Shown: piece after piece, positions 21,586-30,966 of the stretch
How the letters are laid out: every line of letters starts with the position of its first letter
Position numbering within the stretch: the stretch's first letter is position 1
NCBI GenBank assembly: GCA_002403385.1
Contig: DHHR01000067.1
Location: 7,937 to 71,936 of the forward strand
Source: Syntrophaceae bacterium UBA4767
Lineage (GTDB): Bacteria > Desulfobacterota > Syntrophia > Syntrophales > UBA4767
Reading direction: 5' to 3'
Length of the DNA: 64,000 nucleotides
Notes under the pieces: generated by a model
Seen by the model: only the letters and a program-made list of their open reading frames with translations
Database searches by the model: none
What the model was told of the DNA's origin: nothing
Program-made: the position numbers and the translations under genes

Positions 21586-22320
21586 ATGCAGACAACGGCG
21601 GCGCTGCAAAATATAGCTATCGTGTTGAACAAGCCCAAGCGCTCGGGGAATATCGGCTCTGTAGCCCGTTGCGCTAAGAATATGGGGATCGAACGTATTT
21701 TTGTGGTAGGGCATGCGGATCCTGACGGGGAAGAGATGAGAAAAATGTCCACACATCTTGCGACTGACTTGGTCGATAGCATCCGGTACTTTAATTGTCT
21801 GGATACGGCATTGGCCCACTTTCAATATGTGGTTGGGATGACCGCAAGGAAGGGCGCCGCAAGAGGGGCAACGCTTTCACCGCGGGAAGCCGCCGCATCT
21901 TTGGTAGATATATCGCAACACAATGAAATCGCATTGCTTTTTGGCCCGGAGAACACGGGACTGACCAACGATAATCTCAAGTTTTGCCACGCGGTTGTAA
22001 CCATTCCCACGTCGTCATTCAAATCTATTAACCTGTCCCATGCTGTGATGATACTGTGTTATGAAATCTTTATCGCCCGAATGGAAACAGCGGAGAGGTT
22101 TACACCCCGGCTGGCCACATCTGCCGAACTGGAAGGCATGTACTCTCAGATAAAGGAACTATTAATGAAAATCGGTTTTCTCAATCCGCAAAATCCCGAA
22201 CGCTGGATGATGTATATCCGTCGCTTTTTTCCCAGAACGAAACTGCGCTCGCGGGAGGTAAAGATTGTTCGGGGGATTTGCCGGCAGATGGAGTGGTATC
22301 TAGACAACAAAAAGGTTTAA
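21586..22320 (+). CDS. SpoU/TrmH-class RNA 2'-O-methyltransferase (TrmJ-like)
   Basis: 244 aa with NIGSVARCAKNMG, LLFGPENTGL and INLSHAV motifs. Confidence 0.82.
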   Translation: MQTTAALQNIAIVLNKPKRSGNIGSVARCAKNMGIERIFVVGHADPDGEEMRKMSTHLATDLVDSIRYFNCLDTALAHFQYVVGMTARKGAARGATLSPREAAASLVDISQHNEIALLFGPENTGLTNDNLKFCHAVVTIPTSSFKSINLSHAVMILCYEIFIARMETAERFTPRLATSAELEGMYSQIKELLMKIGFLNPQNPERWMMYIRRFFPRTKLRSREVKIVRGICRQMEWYLDNKKV

Positions 22321-22365
22321 CCCTTCCGCCAACCAATAGGCGCATGTTCTAATGCGCAATAATCA

Positions 22366-22394
22366 TTGACAAACCGGTGCGACCGGCCTATATT
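22366..22394 (+). promoter_or_regulatory. sigma70-type promoter candidate for ubiE
   Basis: TTGACA (22366-22371), 17-nt spacer, TATATT (22389-22394). Confidence 0.45.
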
Positions 22395-22471
22395 CCGCCA
22401 TCTGGAGCGCTCAAAAATCTTGCCGTAAGGTATTGGTTATAAAATTATACCCTGTGAGGGAGCGGACAAAC

Positions 22472-23209
22472 ATGCCGAAAGTAAAGGCGCCTGAAGATGG
22501 GAGGCGACAAACGCCGCTTGACCGTATGTTCGGTGTAATACATGGGCGGTACGATCGGATCAATCGATTGTTTACCTGGGGTATGGATAAGCGTTGGCGC
22601 AAGCGGCTGGTTGCGGCATTGCTCAAACTCGAGCCGAAAAAGGTGCTGGATATTGGTTGTGGCACAGGAGACCTTTCTATTAGTATTGCCCGGCAATCCC
22701 ATGGGAAGGTGGAAATTACGGGTTGTGATTTCAGCAAACCGATGCTGGAAATGGCGGTTAAGAAGGCGAAGGAATTGGCGCCGAACGGTAAGGCAACCTT
22801 TATCCACGGCGAGGTTGCGCAAATGCCGTTTCCCGATGAAACCTTTGACTGCATAGGCATTGCTTTTGCCCTGCGCAACCTGATTTTTGAGAATCCGTTG
22901 GCAGGAAAGCATCTATCTGAAATCATCAGGGTGCTCAAGCCGGGAGGATATTGCCTGATCGTTGAGTCAAGTCAGCCGAGCAATAAAATTATTCGGTTAC
23001 TGTCTCATCTGTACCTGCGCACCTACGTCTATGGTGTGGGCATCTTGATATCTGGCAGCCGGGATGCTTATCGGTATCTTGTCCAATCGGCCATTCATTT
23101 TTATACGCCGGAAGAGTTGGAAAAGCTCCTTCTTGCCGCCGGCTTTCGGCGGTTTTCTTTTCGGCCTCTGTTCTTCGGCGCCGCAGGCATTTATCAGGCG
23201 CAGAAATAG
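22472..23209 (+). CDS. ubiE: demethylmenaquinone/ubiquinone C-methyltransferase (UbiE/MenG family)
   Basis: YDRINRLFTWGMDKRWRK and VLDIGCGTGD motifs. Start set at ATG 22472 (GAGGGAG upstream) instead of the ORF-track start at 22433. Confidence 0.85.
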   Translation: MPKVKAPEDGRRQTPLDRMFGVIHGRYDRINRLFTWGMDKRWRKRLVAALLKLEPKKVLDIGCGTGDLSISIARQSHGKVEITGCDFSKPMLEMAVKKAKELAPNGKATFIHGEVAQMPFPDETFDCIGIAFALRNLIFENPLAGKHLSEIIRVLKPGGYCLIVESSQPSNKIIRLLSHLYLRTYVYGVGILISGSRDAYRYLVQSAIHFYTPEELEKLLLAAGFRRFSFRPLFFGAAGIYQAQK

Positions 23210-23373
23210 GATCGTCCGCGCGAATGCAGTAACAGTTTTCCTTGTCGGGATGAAGAGAAGCGCAAAGCAAGAAAAAGGCTTGACTTTCCCACAAGGGCAC
23301 CTTATTGAATCAGTCAATTAAATTTTTTTGATCCTTATCTCATTTCAAGTGGGTAGTCCTTCTTTGACTCTTC

Positions 23374-23443
23374 GTCATCCTTCGACAGGCTCAGGATGAC
23401 ATGTCATGGTGTGCTTGTCGAACCATTACCCACACGGTACGAG
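23374..23443. repeat. intergenic palindromic repeat, copy A (two adjacent REP-like hairpin units)
   Basis: First unit is GTCATCC-ttcgacaggctca-GGATGAC (23374-23400). It is followed by GTCATGGTgtgcttgtcgaACCAT. The loop of one unit is the reverse complement of the other, and the units are related to copies at 43121 and 57742. Confidence 0.7.
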
Positions 23444-23487
23444 AAAGAGTCGTTTTTACATTATTTAAAGACAGGGGAATTTAGAAC

Positions 23488-24645
23488 ATGAAAAAATTTT
23501 TTACCTTTGCAGGTGCAAAAAAGATCGTTTTTGGCCAGGGCTCTTTTGAGACCTTGCTGGAGCAGCTTCGTGAACTCAATGCGTCGAAACCGCTGGTCGT
23601 TCTGGATCAAAGCCTGGCCAAGATGGGTTTCAGGGAAAAAGTGGCGGCGATATTTGAGAAGGCCAAATGCCGCTTTGAATTATTCGAAAAGGTCTCCCCT
23701 GAACCCCGGATAGAATTGGCTGACGAAGGAGCAAAAGTGGCCCTGAAGGGAAAATGTGATGCTGTTGTTGGCATCGGCGGCGGCAGCGCCATGGATGCGG
23801 CCAAGGCGATTGCGGTCATTGCGGCCAATAAAGGAAAAGCAGTCGATTACCTTGGGTTGAACAATATCCCCGGCCCGGGTTTGCCCAAAATCATGATTCC
23901 CACAACAGCCGGAACAGGAAGCGAGGTGACCTTTACTTCTGTTTTTATACGGCAGGAGCTGAAAAAGAAAGAGGGAATGAACAGTCCCTATCTCTATCCT
24001 GACATTGCCCTTCTGGATCCACTGCTTACGGTAACGCTGCCACCTTTTCCGACAGCAACGACAGGCATTGACGCCCTTTGTCATGCCATCGAATCCTATA
24101 CATCCATCAACGCATCGCCCATGAGTGAGCTAATTTCCCTGGAGGCGATCCGACTGATCGCGGAAAATTTGAGGACATGTGTTCACGACGGGAGCAATAT
24201 TGCGGCGCGAGAACAGATGCTTTTGGGAAGTCTTTATGCAGGGTTGGGGCTGGCCAATGCGGGCGTTACGGCGGTTCATTCCCTTTCCTACCCTCTGGGC
24301 GGGAAATATGGAGTGCCTCATGGGCTGGCCAATACGGTGATGCTCCCCGCCGTAATGGCATTTAATCTGCCGGGTACGTTGGAAAAATTTGCGATCATGG
24401 CGGAGGCAATGGGGGAAGTTACGGATGGGCTTCCGCTTAGAGAAGCGGCTTATCTGGCCATTGATGCGGTGGAAGCCTTAATCGAGGATTGCGATATTCA
24501 GGAAACACTGGAAACCTTGAAAATACCCGAGGAAGCATTTCCGGAACTGGCCAAGGTCGCCATGACGGTTGCCAGACCCCTGGAAAACAATCCCCGGAGG
24601 GTGACGGCGGAAGACGCTATCGTGATTTATTCGGAAGCGTATTAA
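23488..24645 (+). CDS. iron-containing (group III) alcohol dehydrogenase family protein
   Basis: 385 aa with GIGGGSAMDAAKAIA and the His-rich metal site region (CHAIES, VHSLSYPLG...PHG). Confidence 0.88.
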   Translation: MKKFFTFAGAKKIVFGQGSFETLLEQLRELNASKPLVVLDQSLAKMGFREKVAAIFEKAKCRFELFEKVSPEPRIELADEGAKVALKGKCDAVVGIGGGSAMDAAKAIAVIAANKGKAVDYLGLNNIPGPGLPKIMIPTTAGTGSEVTFTSVFIRQELKKKEGMNSPYLYPDIALLDPLLTVTLPPFPTATTGIDALCHAIESYTSINASPMSELISLEAIRLIAENLRTCVHDGSNIAAREQMLLGSLYAGLGLANAGVTAVHSLSYPLGGKYGVPHGLANTVMLPAVMAFNLPGTLEKFAIMAEAMGEVTDGLPLREAAYLAIDAVEALIEDCDIQETLETLKIPEEAFPELAKVAMTVARPLENNPRRVTAEDAIVIYSEAY

Positions 24646-24715
24646 TCTATTGAAACAGTGTTGCACGGTAACAAATGTGAAAATTAACAGATAGCGGCAA
24701 AGGGGAGGAGATCTC

Positions 24716-25918
24716 ATGGCGGGTGCAGAACTTATCGGGAAAGAAGAAATGAAACAAGTGATGGACGTTTTAAAAACGGGGGTTCTGATGCGGTATGGCT
24801 TTGATAAGGAACGAAAGGGTATTTTCAAAGTCCGCGAATTGGAACAAGAATTTGCGAAGTACTGTGGCGCCAAATACGCGCTGGGGGTAACCTCTGGCTC
24901 ATCAGCCCTGAAAGTGGCGTTGACGGCCCTGGACGTGGGGCCCGGCGATCAGGTCATCTGCCCGGCCTTTACCTTCCTTGCGACCTATGAAGCGGTGCTG
25001 GAAGTAGGCGCTATTCCCGTTATGGCGGACATTGATGAATCATTGAATCTTGATCCCGATGATATTGAAAGGAAGCTGACCTCCTCCACGAAGGCGGTCA
25101 TTCCCGTACACATGTGCGGGGCGCCTGCGCGCATCGATAAGATCCTGAAGGTGGCAAAGAAGCATAAATTGTTGGTTTTGGAAGACAATGCGCAGGGTTG
25201 CGGGGGATCCTTCAAGGGGAAAAAGCTGGGAACTTTCGGACAGATGGGCATCTTCAGTTTTGATTACTACAAAACGCTGACCACCGGCGAAGGCGGGATG
25301 ATTCTGACGGACTCTCAGAAGCTGTACCAGCGTGCCGATTGGTACCACGACCATGGCCATGATCACAATCCCAAGGTCAGCCGGGCCATGGAAGGACGGT
25401 CTATTTTAGGATTCAACTACCGAATGAACGAGCTGCAGGGGGCGGTGGGGCTTGCCCAGTTGAGAAAGCTGGACGGGCTCATTGCCGAGCAGAAAAAAAA
25501 TAAGCAGGCGATAAAAGACGTGCTTGCCCAGGTCAAAGGTGTCAAATTCAGAAAGATTCCCGATCCCGCCGGAGATACGGCGACGTTTTTGGCCTTTAAC
25601 TTTCCCTCCGAAACCCATGCGGAAAAGTTCCAGAAAGCCATGGCGGACAAAGGGGTGGATGCCGTCATTTTCAAGAAGAATGCTTGGCACTACGTTCCCA
25701 ACTGGGAGCATTTCCTGGCAAAATCCACGGCCAATTCCAAGAAATATCCCTTTGCCGATCCAATTAACAAAGGCGCGGTAAAATACGATAGAAAGTCTAT
25801 CCCTCAGGCGGAGGATCTGCTGGGACGGACGCTGGTGATAGGGATTTCGGTTAAGATGCCGAAAGAGAGATTCAACAAAATCAAGGCAGCCATTGAAAAA
25901 GCCGCGGACGTTCTTTAG
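24716..25918 (+). CDS. DegT/DnrJ/EryC1/StrS-type PLP-dependent (sugar) aminotransferase
   Basis: 400 aa with TSGSSALKVAL and FSFDYYKTLTTGEGGMI (PLP lysine region). Confidence 0.85.
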   Translation: MAGAELIGKEEMKQVMDVLKTGVLMRYGFDKERKGIFKVRELEQEFAKYCGAKYALGVTSGSSALKVALTALDVGPGDQVICPAFTFLATYEAVLEVGAIPVMADIDESLNLDPDDIERKLTSSTKAVIPVHMCGAPARIDKILKVAKKHKLLVLEDNAQGCGGSFKGKKLGTFGQMGIFSFDYYKTLTTGEGGMILTDSQKLYQRADWYHDHGHDHNPKVSRAMEGRSILGFNYRMNELQGAVGLAQLRKLDGLIAEQKKNKQAIKDVLAQVKGVKFRKIPDPAGDTATFLAFNFPSETHAEKFQKAMADKGVDAVIFKKNAWHYVPNWEHFLAKSTANSKKYPFADPINKGAVKYDRKSIPQAEDLLGRTLVIGISVKMPKERFNKIKAAIEKAADVL

Positions 25919-25931
25919 AGGCGGAAAGAAG

Positions 25932-26903
25932 ATGATTGTTGTCACCGGCGGAGCCGGCTTCATCGGCAGCGCTTTCGTCTGGAAGCTCAATCAGGAAGGG
26001 ATTGATGATATCATCATCGTCGATCGTCTGGGGACCTCCGATAAATGGAAGAACCTTGTCAACCGACGATTTGTCGATTACATCCACAAGGACGAATTTC
26101 ATGGACGGCTGGAGGCAGATCGCCTTCCCTTTGACGTTGGCGCCGTAATCCACATGGGGGCGTGTTCTTCCACGACGGAGCGGGATGCGGATTACCTCAT
26201 GGAAAACAATTACCATTATACCTGCGCATTGGCCAGTTGGGCGCTGAAAAAGGGCATCCGGTTTATTTACGCCAGCTCCGCCGCCACTTACGGGGATGGC
26301 TCACATGGATTTTCCGATGGCGACGAAACCACGAAAAAGCTGCGTCCCATCAATATGTACGGGTATTCAAAGCAGCTGTTTGATCTATGGGCGCTGCGCC
26401 AGGGGATGCAGAACAAGATGGCAGGCGTCAAATTTTTCAATGTCTTTGGACCTAACGAATATCACAAGGGCGAAATGACGAGCGTAATATACAAGGCTTT
26501 TCATCAGATCAAAGAAACTGGTCGGGTCCGGTTGTTTAGGTCATACAAACCACAGTATGCCGACGGGGGGCAGAGGCGGGATTTTGTTTATGTGAAGGAC
26601 TGCGTGGATGTGATGTGGTGGCTCTTCAATCATCCCGAAACCAACGGTATATTCAATCTGGGTACGGGCAAGGCGCGGACGTGGAACGCTCTGATCCGTG
26701 CCGTGTTTTCCGCGATGGGCATCGAGCCTCGGATCGAATATATCGAAATGCCGGAGGGTATCCGCAATCAGTATCAATATTTTACCGAGGCAAAGATGGA
26801 TAAGCTCGCAGAGACGGGCTGTCCCTTATCCTTCCGTGAGATGGAAGATTCAATCCGGGATTATGTGGCCGGACATCTGCAGACGCCCGATCCCTATCTT
26901 TAG
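25932..26903 (+). CDS. hldD: ADP-L-glycero-D-manno-heptose 6-epimerase
   Basis: MIVVTGGAGFIGS..., HMGACSSTTE and YASSAATYG match the E. coli HldD blocks as I recall them. Start set at ATG 25932, not the ORF-track start at 25893. Confidence 0.9.
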   Translation: MIVVTGGAGFIGSAFVWKLNQEGIDDIIIVDRLGTSDKWKNLVNRRFVDYIHKDEFHGRLEADRLPFDVGAVIHMGACSSTTERDADYLMENNYHYTCALASWALKKGIRFIYASSAATYGDGSHGFSDGDETTKKLRPINMYGYSKQLFDLWALRQGMQNKMAGVKFFNVFGPNEYHKGEMTSVIYKAFHQIKETGRVRLFRSYKPQYADGGQRRDFVYVKDCVDVMWWLFNHPETNGIFNLGTGKARTWNALIRAVFSAMGIEPRIEYIEMPEGIRNQYQYFTEAKMDKLAETGCPLSFREMEDSIRDYVAGHLQTPDPYL

Positions 26904-26912
26904 AGGGTGTTT

Positions 26913-27656
26913 ATGAGGGTTGCGTGTGTTATTCCGTCTCGTTTTCAATCGTCCCGTTTTCCCGGCAAACCCCTGGCGGACATCTGGGGCAAGCCCATGA
27001 TCCAGCGCGTCTATGAACGGGTTTTAAAGGCAAAAACAGTTTCTTCTGTGGCTGTGGCTACCGATGATAAGCGCATTTTCGCTGCCGTGCGGAAGTTTGG
27101 CGGACATGCGATTATGACCTCTTCGGAGCACAAATCGGGAACGGATCGCATCGCGGAAGCTGCAACCTACCTTGACCTTGAACCTTCGGATATCGTGGTG
27201 AACATCCAGGGGGACCAGCCCCTGTTTGAACCGTCCCAGATTGATGAGGTGGCGGCGCCGCTGATAGCGGATCCGGCGATTTCCATGTCCACCTTAATCT
27301 ATAAGATTATCAGGGAAGAAGAGATCACCCACCCCAATGCGGTAAAAACCGTCTTCGATAAGCAGGGTTTTGCCCTGTACTTTTCCCGTGCCACCATTCC
27401 CTATGTGCGGGATCAGGGCCTGAAAGCTGAGTATTACAAGCATCACGGGATTTATGCCTACCGCAGAGGTTTTCTGGAGACGTTCACCCGTCTGCCTGTC
27501 GGGGCGCTGGAAAAACTGGAAGCCCTTGAACAGCTCCGGGCGCTGGAGCATGGGTATAAGATCAAGGTCGTCGTAACCCCTCACGACTCCATTGAAGTTG
27601 ATACCCCCCAGGAACTGGAGCGGGTAAAGAGCCTGTTGGACAGCGCTACTCCTTGA
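26913..27656 (+). CDS. kdsB: 3-deoxy-manno-octulosonate cytidylyltransferase (CMP-Kdo synthetase)
   Basis: [23 protein letters not shown] and QLRALEHG motifs. ATG 26913 is preferred over the GTG at 26907. Confidence 0.9.
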   Translation: MRVACVIPSRFQSSRFPGKPLADIWGKPMIQRVYERVLKAKTVSSVAVATDDKRIFAAVRKFGGHAIMTSSEHKSGTDRIAEAATYLDLEPSDIVVNIQGDQPLFEPSQIDEVAAPLIADPAISMSTLIYKIIREEEITHPNAVKTVFDKQGFALYFSRATIPYVRDQGLKAEYYKHHGIYAYRRGFLETFTRLPVGALEKLEALEQLRALEHGYKIKVVVTPHDSIEVDTPQELERVKSLLDSATP

Positions 27657-29307
27657 AGACAGCTCCAGTGCTGGCTGATGATACAAGCTTAGCGTAACGG
27701 GCCAGATATCCGCTTTTTATTTTGGGCTGGCGGAGTTTCCATGCCTTTTCCCGTCGGGCAAATTCTTCCTTGCTTATTTTGAGTGTGAGAGTTTTCTTTG
27801 GAAGATGGATGGCAATCCGGTCGCCTTCCTGAACAAGGGCGATGGGGCCGCCTTCCGCCGCTTCCGGGGAGATATGGCCGATTGCCGCCCCCCTTGTTCC
27901 ACCGCTGAAGCGGCCGTCGGTGAGCAACGCAACCGTTTTATCGAGCCCCATACCAACAATGGCCGAAGTGGGCCCCAACATCTCACGCATTCCCGGCCCG
28001 CCTTTAGGGCCTTCATAGCGAATGACGACAATATCTCCCGCATGGATTTTCCCGCCTAAGATGGCGGCAATGGCATCGTCTTCAGAGTCAAAGACCCGGG
28101 CAATGCCCTCATTGACCAGCATATTTTCGGCTACGGCCGATTGTTTAACAACGGCTCCGTCGGGCGCCAAGTTGCCCCTTAAGATAGCGATTCCGCCTTC
28201 TTTCTGGTAGGGCTTTCTAACCGGGCGGATGACTTCGTGGCTTAAAATACGCGCTCCCTGTAGATTTTGCCTGAGAGTTTTGCCCGTTGCCGTCATGGCG
28301 TTCAGATGAAGGACGCCAAGGGGACTGATTTCTTTCAGAACGGCATGGATTCCACCCGCCATATCCAGGTCTTCCATGTGATGAGGGCCCGCGGGACTCA
28401 ACCGGCAGAGATTGGGAACTTTTGCGCTGATGGCATTGAACAGATCGAGATCAAGCGTTATTCCCGCTTCATGGGCGATTGCCGGGAGGTGCAGGACGGT
28501 ATTGGTGGAACAACCCAGCGCCATGTCCACTGCGATGGCATTTTTGAAGGCATCAAGGGTGGCAATGTCCCGTGGCCGGATATTCTTTCTGAGCAGGTCC
28601 ATGATTTTCATGCCGGCCTGTTTTGCCAGGCGAACCCTGGCGGCCTGAACGGCAGGGATGGTGCCGTTTCCGGGCAGCCCCATTCCCAGCGCTTCGGTTA
28701 CGCAATTCATGGAATTTGCCGTGTACATGCCTGAGCAGGACCCACATCCCGGGCAGGCACAATCCTCAAGCATCTTTAATCGGCTTGGTGTGATGCGTTT
28801 GGCTTTTACGCCGCCAACTCCTTCGAAAACACTTATAAGATCAACGGTTTCGCCCTCCAGTTTCCCCGCCAGCATGGGGCCCCCACTGATGAAGATGGCG
28901 GGGATATTCAGCCTGAGGGCCGCCATCAGCATGCCGGGGACGATCTTATCACAGTTGGGAATCATGACGAGTCCGTCGAAAGGATGCGCCATAGCCATGA
29001 CTTCAATGGAATCTGCGATCAACTCACGGCTGGCCAGGGAATATTTCATGCCCATATGACCCATGGCGATGCCATCGCACACCCCGATGGCGGGAAATGC
29101 GACCGGCATTCCGCCAGCCAGACGAACCCCTGCTTTGACGGCTTCCGCCATAAGATTCAGGTGAATATGCCCTGGAATAATCTCGTTGGCGGAATTGACA
29201 ACGCCGATCAGGGGACGGCTAATTTCCTCGTCCGTGTAGCCCATGGCCTTCAGCAGAGAACGATGGGGAGCCCTTCCCAGCCCTTTTTTGACGACATCGC
29301 TTCGCAT
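27646..29307 (-). CDS. ilvD: dihydroxy-acid dehydratase
   Basis: 553 aa with [27 protein letters not shown] and TDGRFSGGT motifs. Confidence 0.96.
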   Translation of the reverse strand: MRSDVVKKGLGRAPHRSLLKAMGYTDEEISRPLIGVVNSANEIIPGHIHLNLMAEAVKAGVRLAGGMPVAFPAIGVCDGIAMGHMGMKYSLASRELIADSIEVMAMAHPFDGLVMIPNCDKIVPGMLMAALRLNIPAIFISGGPMLAGKLEGETVDLISVFEGVGGVKAKRITPSRLKMLEDCACPGCGSCSGMYTANSMNCVTEALGMGLPGNGTIPAVQAARVRLAKQAGMKIMDLLRKNIRPRDIATLDAFKNAIAVDMALGCSTNTVLHLPAIAHEAGITLDLDLFNAISAKVPNLCRLSPAGPHHMEDLDMAGGIHAVLKEISPLGVLHLNAMTATGKTLRQNLQGARILSHEVIRPVRKPYQKEGGIAILRGNLAPDGAVVKQSAVAENMLVNEGIARVFDSEDDAIAAILGGKIHAGDIVVIRYEGPKGGPGMREMLGPTSAIVGMGLDKTVALLTDGRFSGGTRGAAIGHISPEAAEGGPIALVQEGDRIAIHLPKKTLTLKISKEEFARREKAWKLRQPKIKSGYLARYAKLVSSASTGAVFKE

Positions 29308-29351
29308 AAATTCTCCCTTTTTCTATAGTTTCTATAGTTGGCAGGTTCCGG

Positions 29352-30398
29352 TTACTTTTTCCTTCTTTCCGGCCTCAACGCGCGCAGGGTTGCTCCCGTC
29401 TGCCACATTTCACTGTTTTTCATGGCATCCAGCTCCTTTTGCAGTTTTTCCCGGTAATCGGGAGCGCTGTTGGCGGAAAGGACAACCGCGGTTTCTTTCC
29501 CCTCGACCACTCTTTTGTAAAGTTCATCAAATACAGGGGCGACGGCATCCCGGAATTTATTTTTCCAGTCCAGGGCGCCGCGCTGGGCGGTTGTGCTGCA
29601 ATTGGCATACATCCAGTCCATGCCGTTTTCGGCGACCAAAGGCATGAGGCTTTGGGTCAGCTCTTCGACGGTTTCGTTGAAAGCCTCGCTGGGGCTGTGA
29701 CCGTGTTTTCTAAGGAGATTATATTGAGCTTCCAGGACACCGGCCAGACATCCCATGAGCGCCCCCCTTTCGCCGGTCAGGTCACTGAAAACTTCTTTTT
29801 CAAACGTGGTCGGGAAAAGATAGCCGGATCCTACAGCGATTCCCATGGCCAGGGTTCTTTCGGTGGCCCGCCCGGTGTAATCCTGATAGACGGCGTAGCT
29901 GGAATTGATGCCGCTGCCGGCAAGAAAGTTTCTCCGGACGGTGATCCCCGCGCCTTTGGGGGCAACCAGAATGACATCTATATCGGCAGGAGGGATAACC
30001 CCCGTTTGTTCCTTGTAAACGATGGAAAACCCGTGGGAAAAATAAAGGGCATTGCCTTCCTCAAGACAGGCTTTCATGACCGGCCACATGGCTTTCTGCC
30101 CGGCATCGGAGAGCAAATATTGGATGATGGTCCCTCGTTTTGCCGCTTCTTCCGGAGGGAAGAGAGTTTCCCCGGGCACAAAGCCGTCTTTTATGGCTTT
30201 TTGCCAGGAATAGTCGCCTTCTCCCACGATAACCCGAAAGCCATTGTCTCTCATGTTTAGCGCTTGGCCCTGTCCCTGGACGCCATAGCCGATAACGGCA
30301 ATCGTTTCATCCTGCAAGGTTTCCTGCGCCTTTGTTAAGGGGAATTCCTCCGAAGTAACAACATCTTCCGAAGCGCCGCCGAAACAGATCTTTGCCAT
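29352..30398 (-). CDS. ilvC: ketol-acid reductoisomerase (class I, atypical cofactor loop)
   Basis: 348 aa with Rossmann motif VIGYGVQGQGQALNMRDNG followed by VIVGEGDYSWQKA. Lies in ilv operon context. Confidence 0.9.
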   Translation of the reverse strand: MAKICFGGASEDVVTSEEFPLTKAQETLQDETIAVIGYGVQGQGQALNMRDNGFRVIVGEGDYSWQKAIKDGFVPGETLFPPEEAAKRGTIIQYLLSDAGQKAMWPVMKACLEEGNALYFSHGFSIVYKEQTGVIPPADIDVILVAPKGAGITVRRNFLAGSGINSSYAVYQDYTGRATERTLAMGIAVGSGYLFPTTFEKEVFSDLTGERGALMGCLAGVLEAQYNLLRKHGHSPSEAFNETVEELTQSLMPLVAENGMDWMYANCSTTAQRGALDWKNKFRDAVAPVFDELYKRVVEGKETAVVLSANSAPDYREKLQKELDAMKNSEMWQTGATLRALRPERRKK

Positions 30399-30414
30399 GA
30401 ATATCCTCCTCCTT

Positions 30415-30903
30415 TTATGATTTGCAACGTTTTAAAACAATGCACCCCGTTCTGGTAAAATCATCCATTCCCAGCGGAGCCAGCAGAGCCAACGCGTCAT
30501 CAATGAGTTCTTTATCTCCCGTCACTTCTACAATGCAGGAAGATGGATCCATGCTGACGACTCTCCAGTTGTAGGTATTGATAGCTTTCATAACTTTGCC
30601 TTTGTTTTCTTCCGTTAGCTTGATGCGGATAAGGATCATCTCGCCGCAGGCGGAATCGACATCCGTCAGGTCATCTACCTGAAGGACATCTACGAGTTTG
30701 TGGAGTTGCTTTTCCATTTTGGTAACCGTTTGCTTGTTACCCCGCGTGGTAATGATGATTTTGGTGATGGCTGGGTTCATCATCACGTTTGCGGAGATGC
30801 TTTCGATGTTGAATCCCCGGCCGCTGAAGGTGCCGGCAATGCGGGCCAGCACATCGGGTTTGTTGTTTACGAGGATGGAAATGATATTTTCTCGAACTTC
30901 CAT
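30415..30903 (-). CDS. ilvN: acetolactate synthase small (regulatory) subunit
   Basis: 162 aa with an ACT domain (ISILVNNKPDVLARIAGTFSGRGFNIESI), directly after ilvB. Confidence 0.92.
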   Translation of the reverse strand: MEVRENIISILVNNKPDVLARIAGTFSGRGFNIESISANVMMNPAITKIIITTRGNKQTVTKMEKQLHKLVDVLQVDDLTDVDSACGEMILIRIKLTEENKGKVMKAINTYNWRVVSMDPSSCIVEVTGDKELIDDALALLAPLGMDDFTRTGCIVLKRCKS

Positions 30904-30966
30904 AAGGACAAGCCTTTCTTTATTTGGCAGAGGAAGAACTCAATGGTTTTCAACGGGTCGCAACCG

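Noticed and set aside
29439-30260. 273-aa plus-strand ORF opposite ilvC (similar case: 240-aa ORF at 53644-54366 opposite the carboxyltransferase)
   Set aside because: Antisense to well-supported genes, with no motifs and no translation signals.
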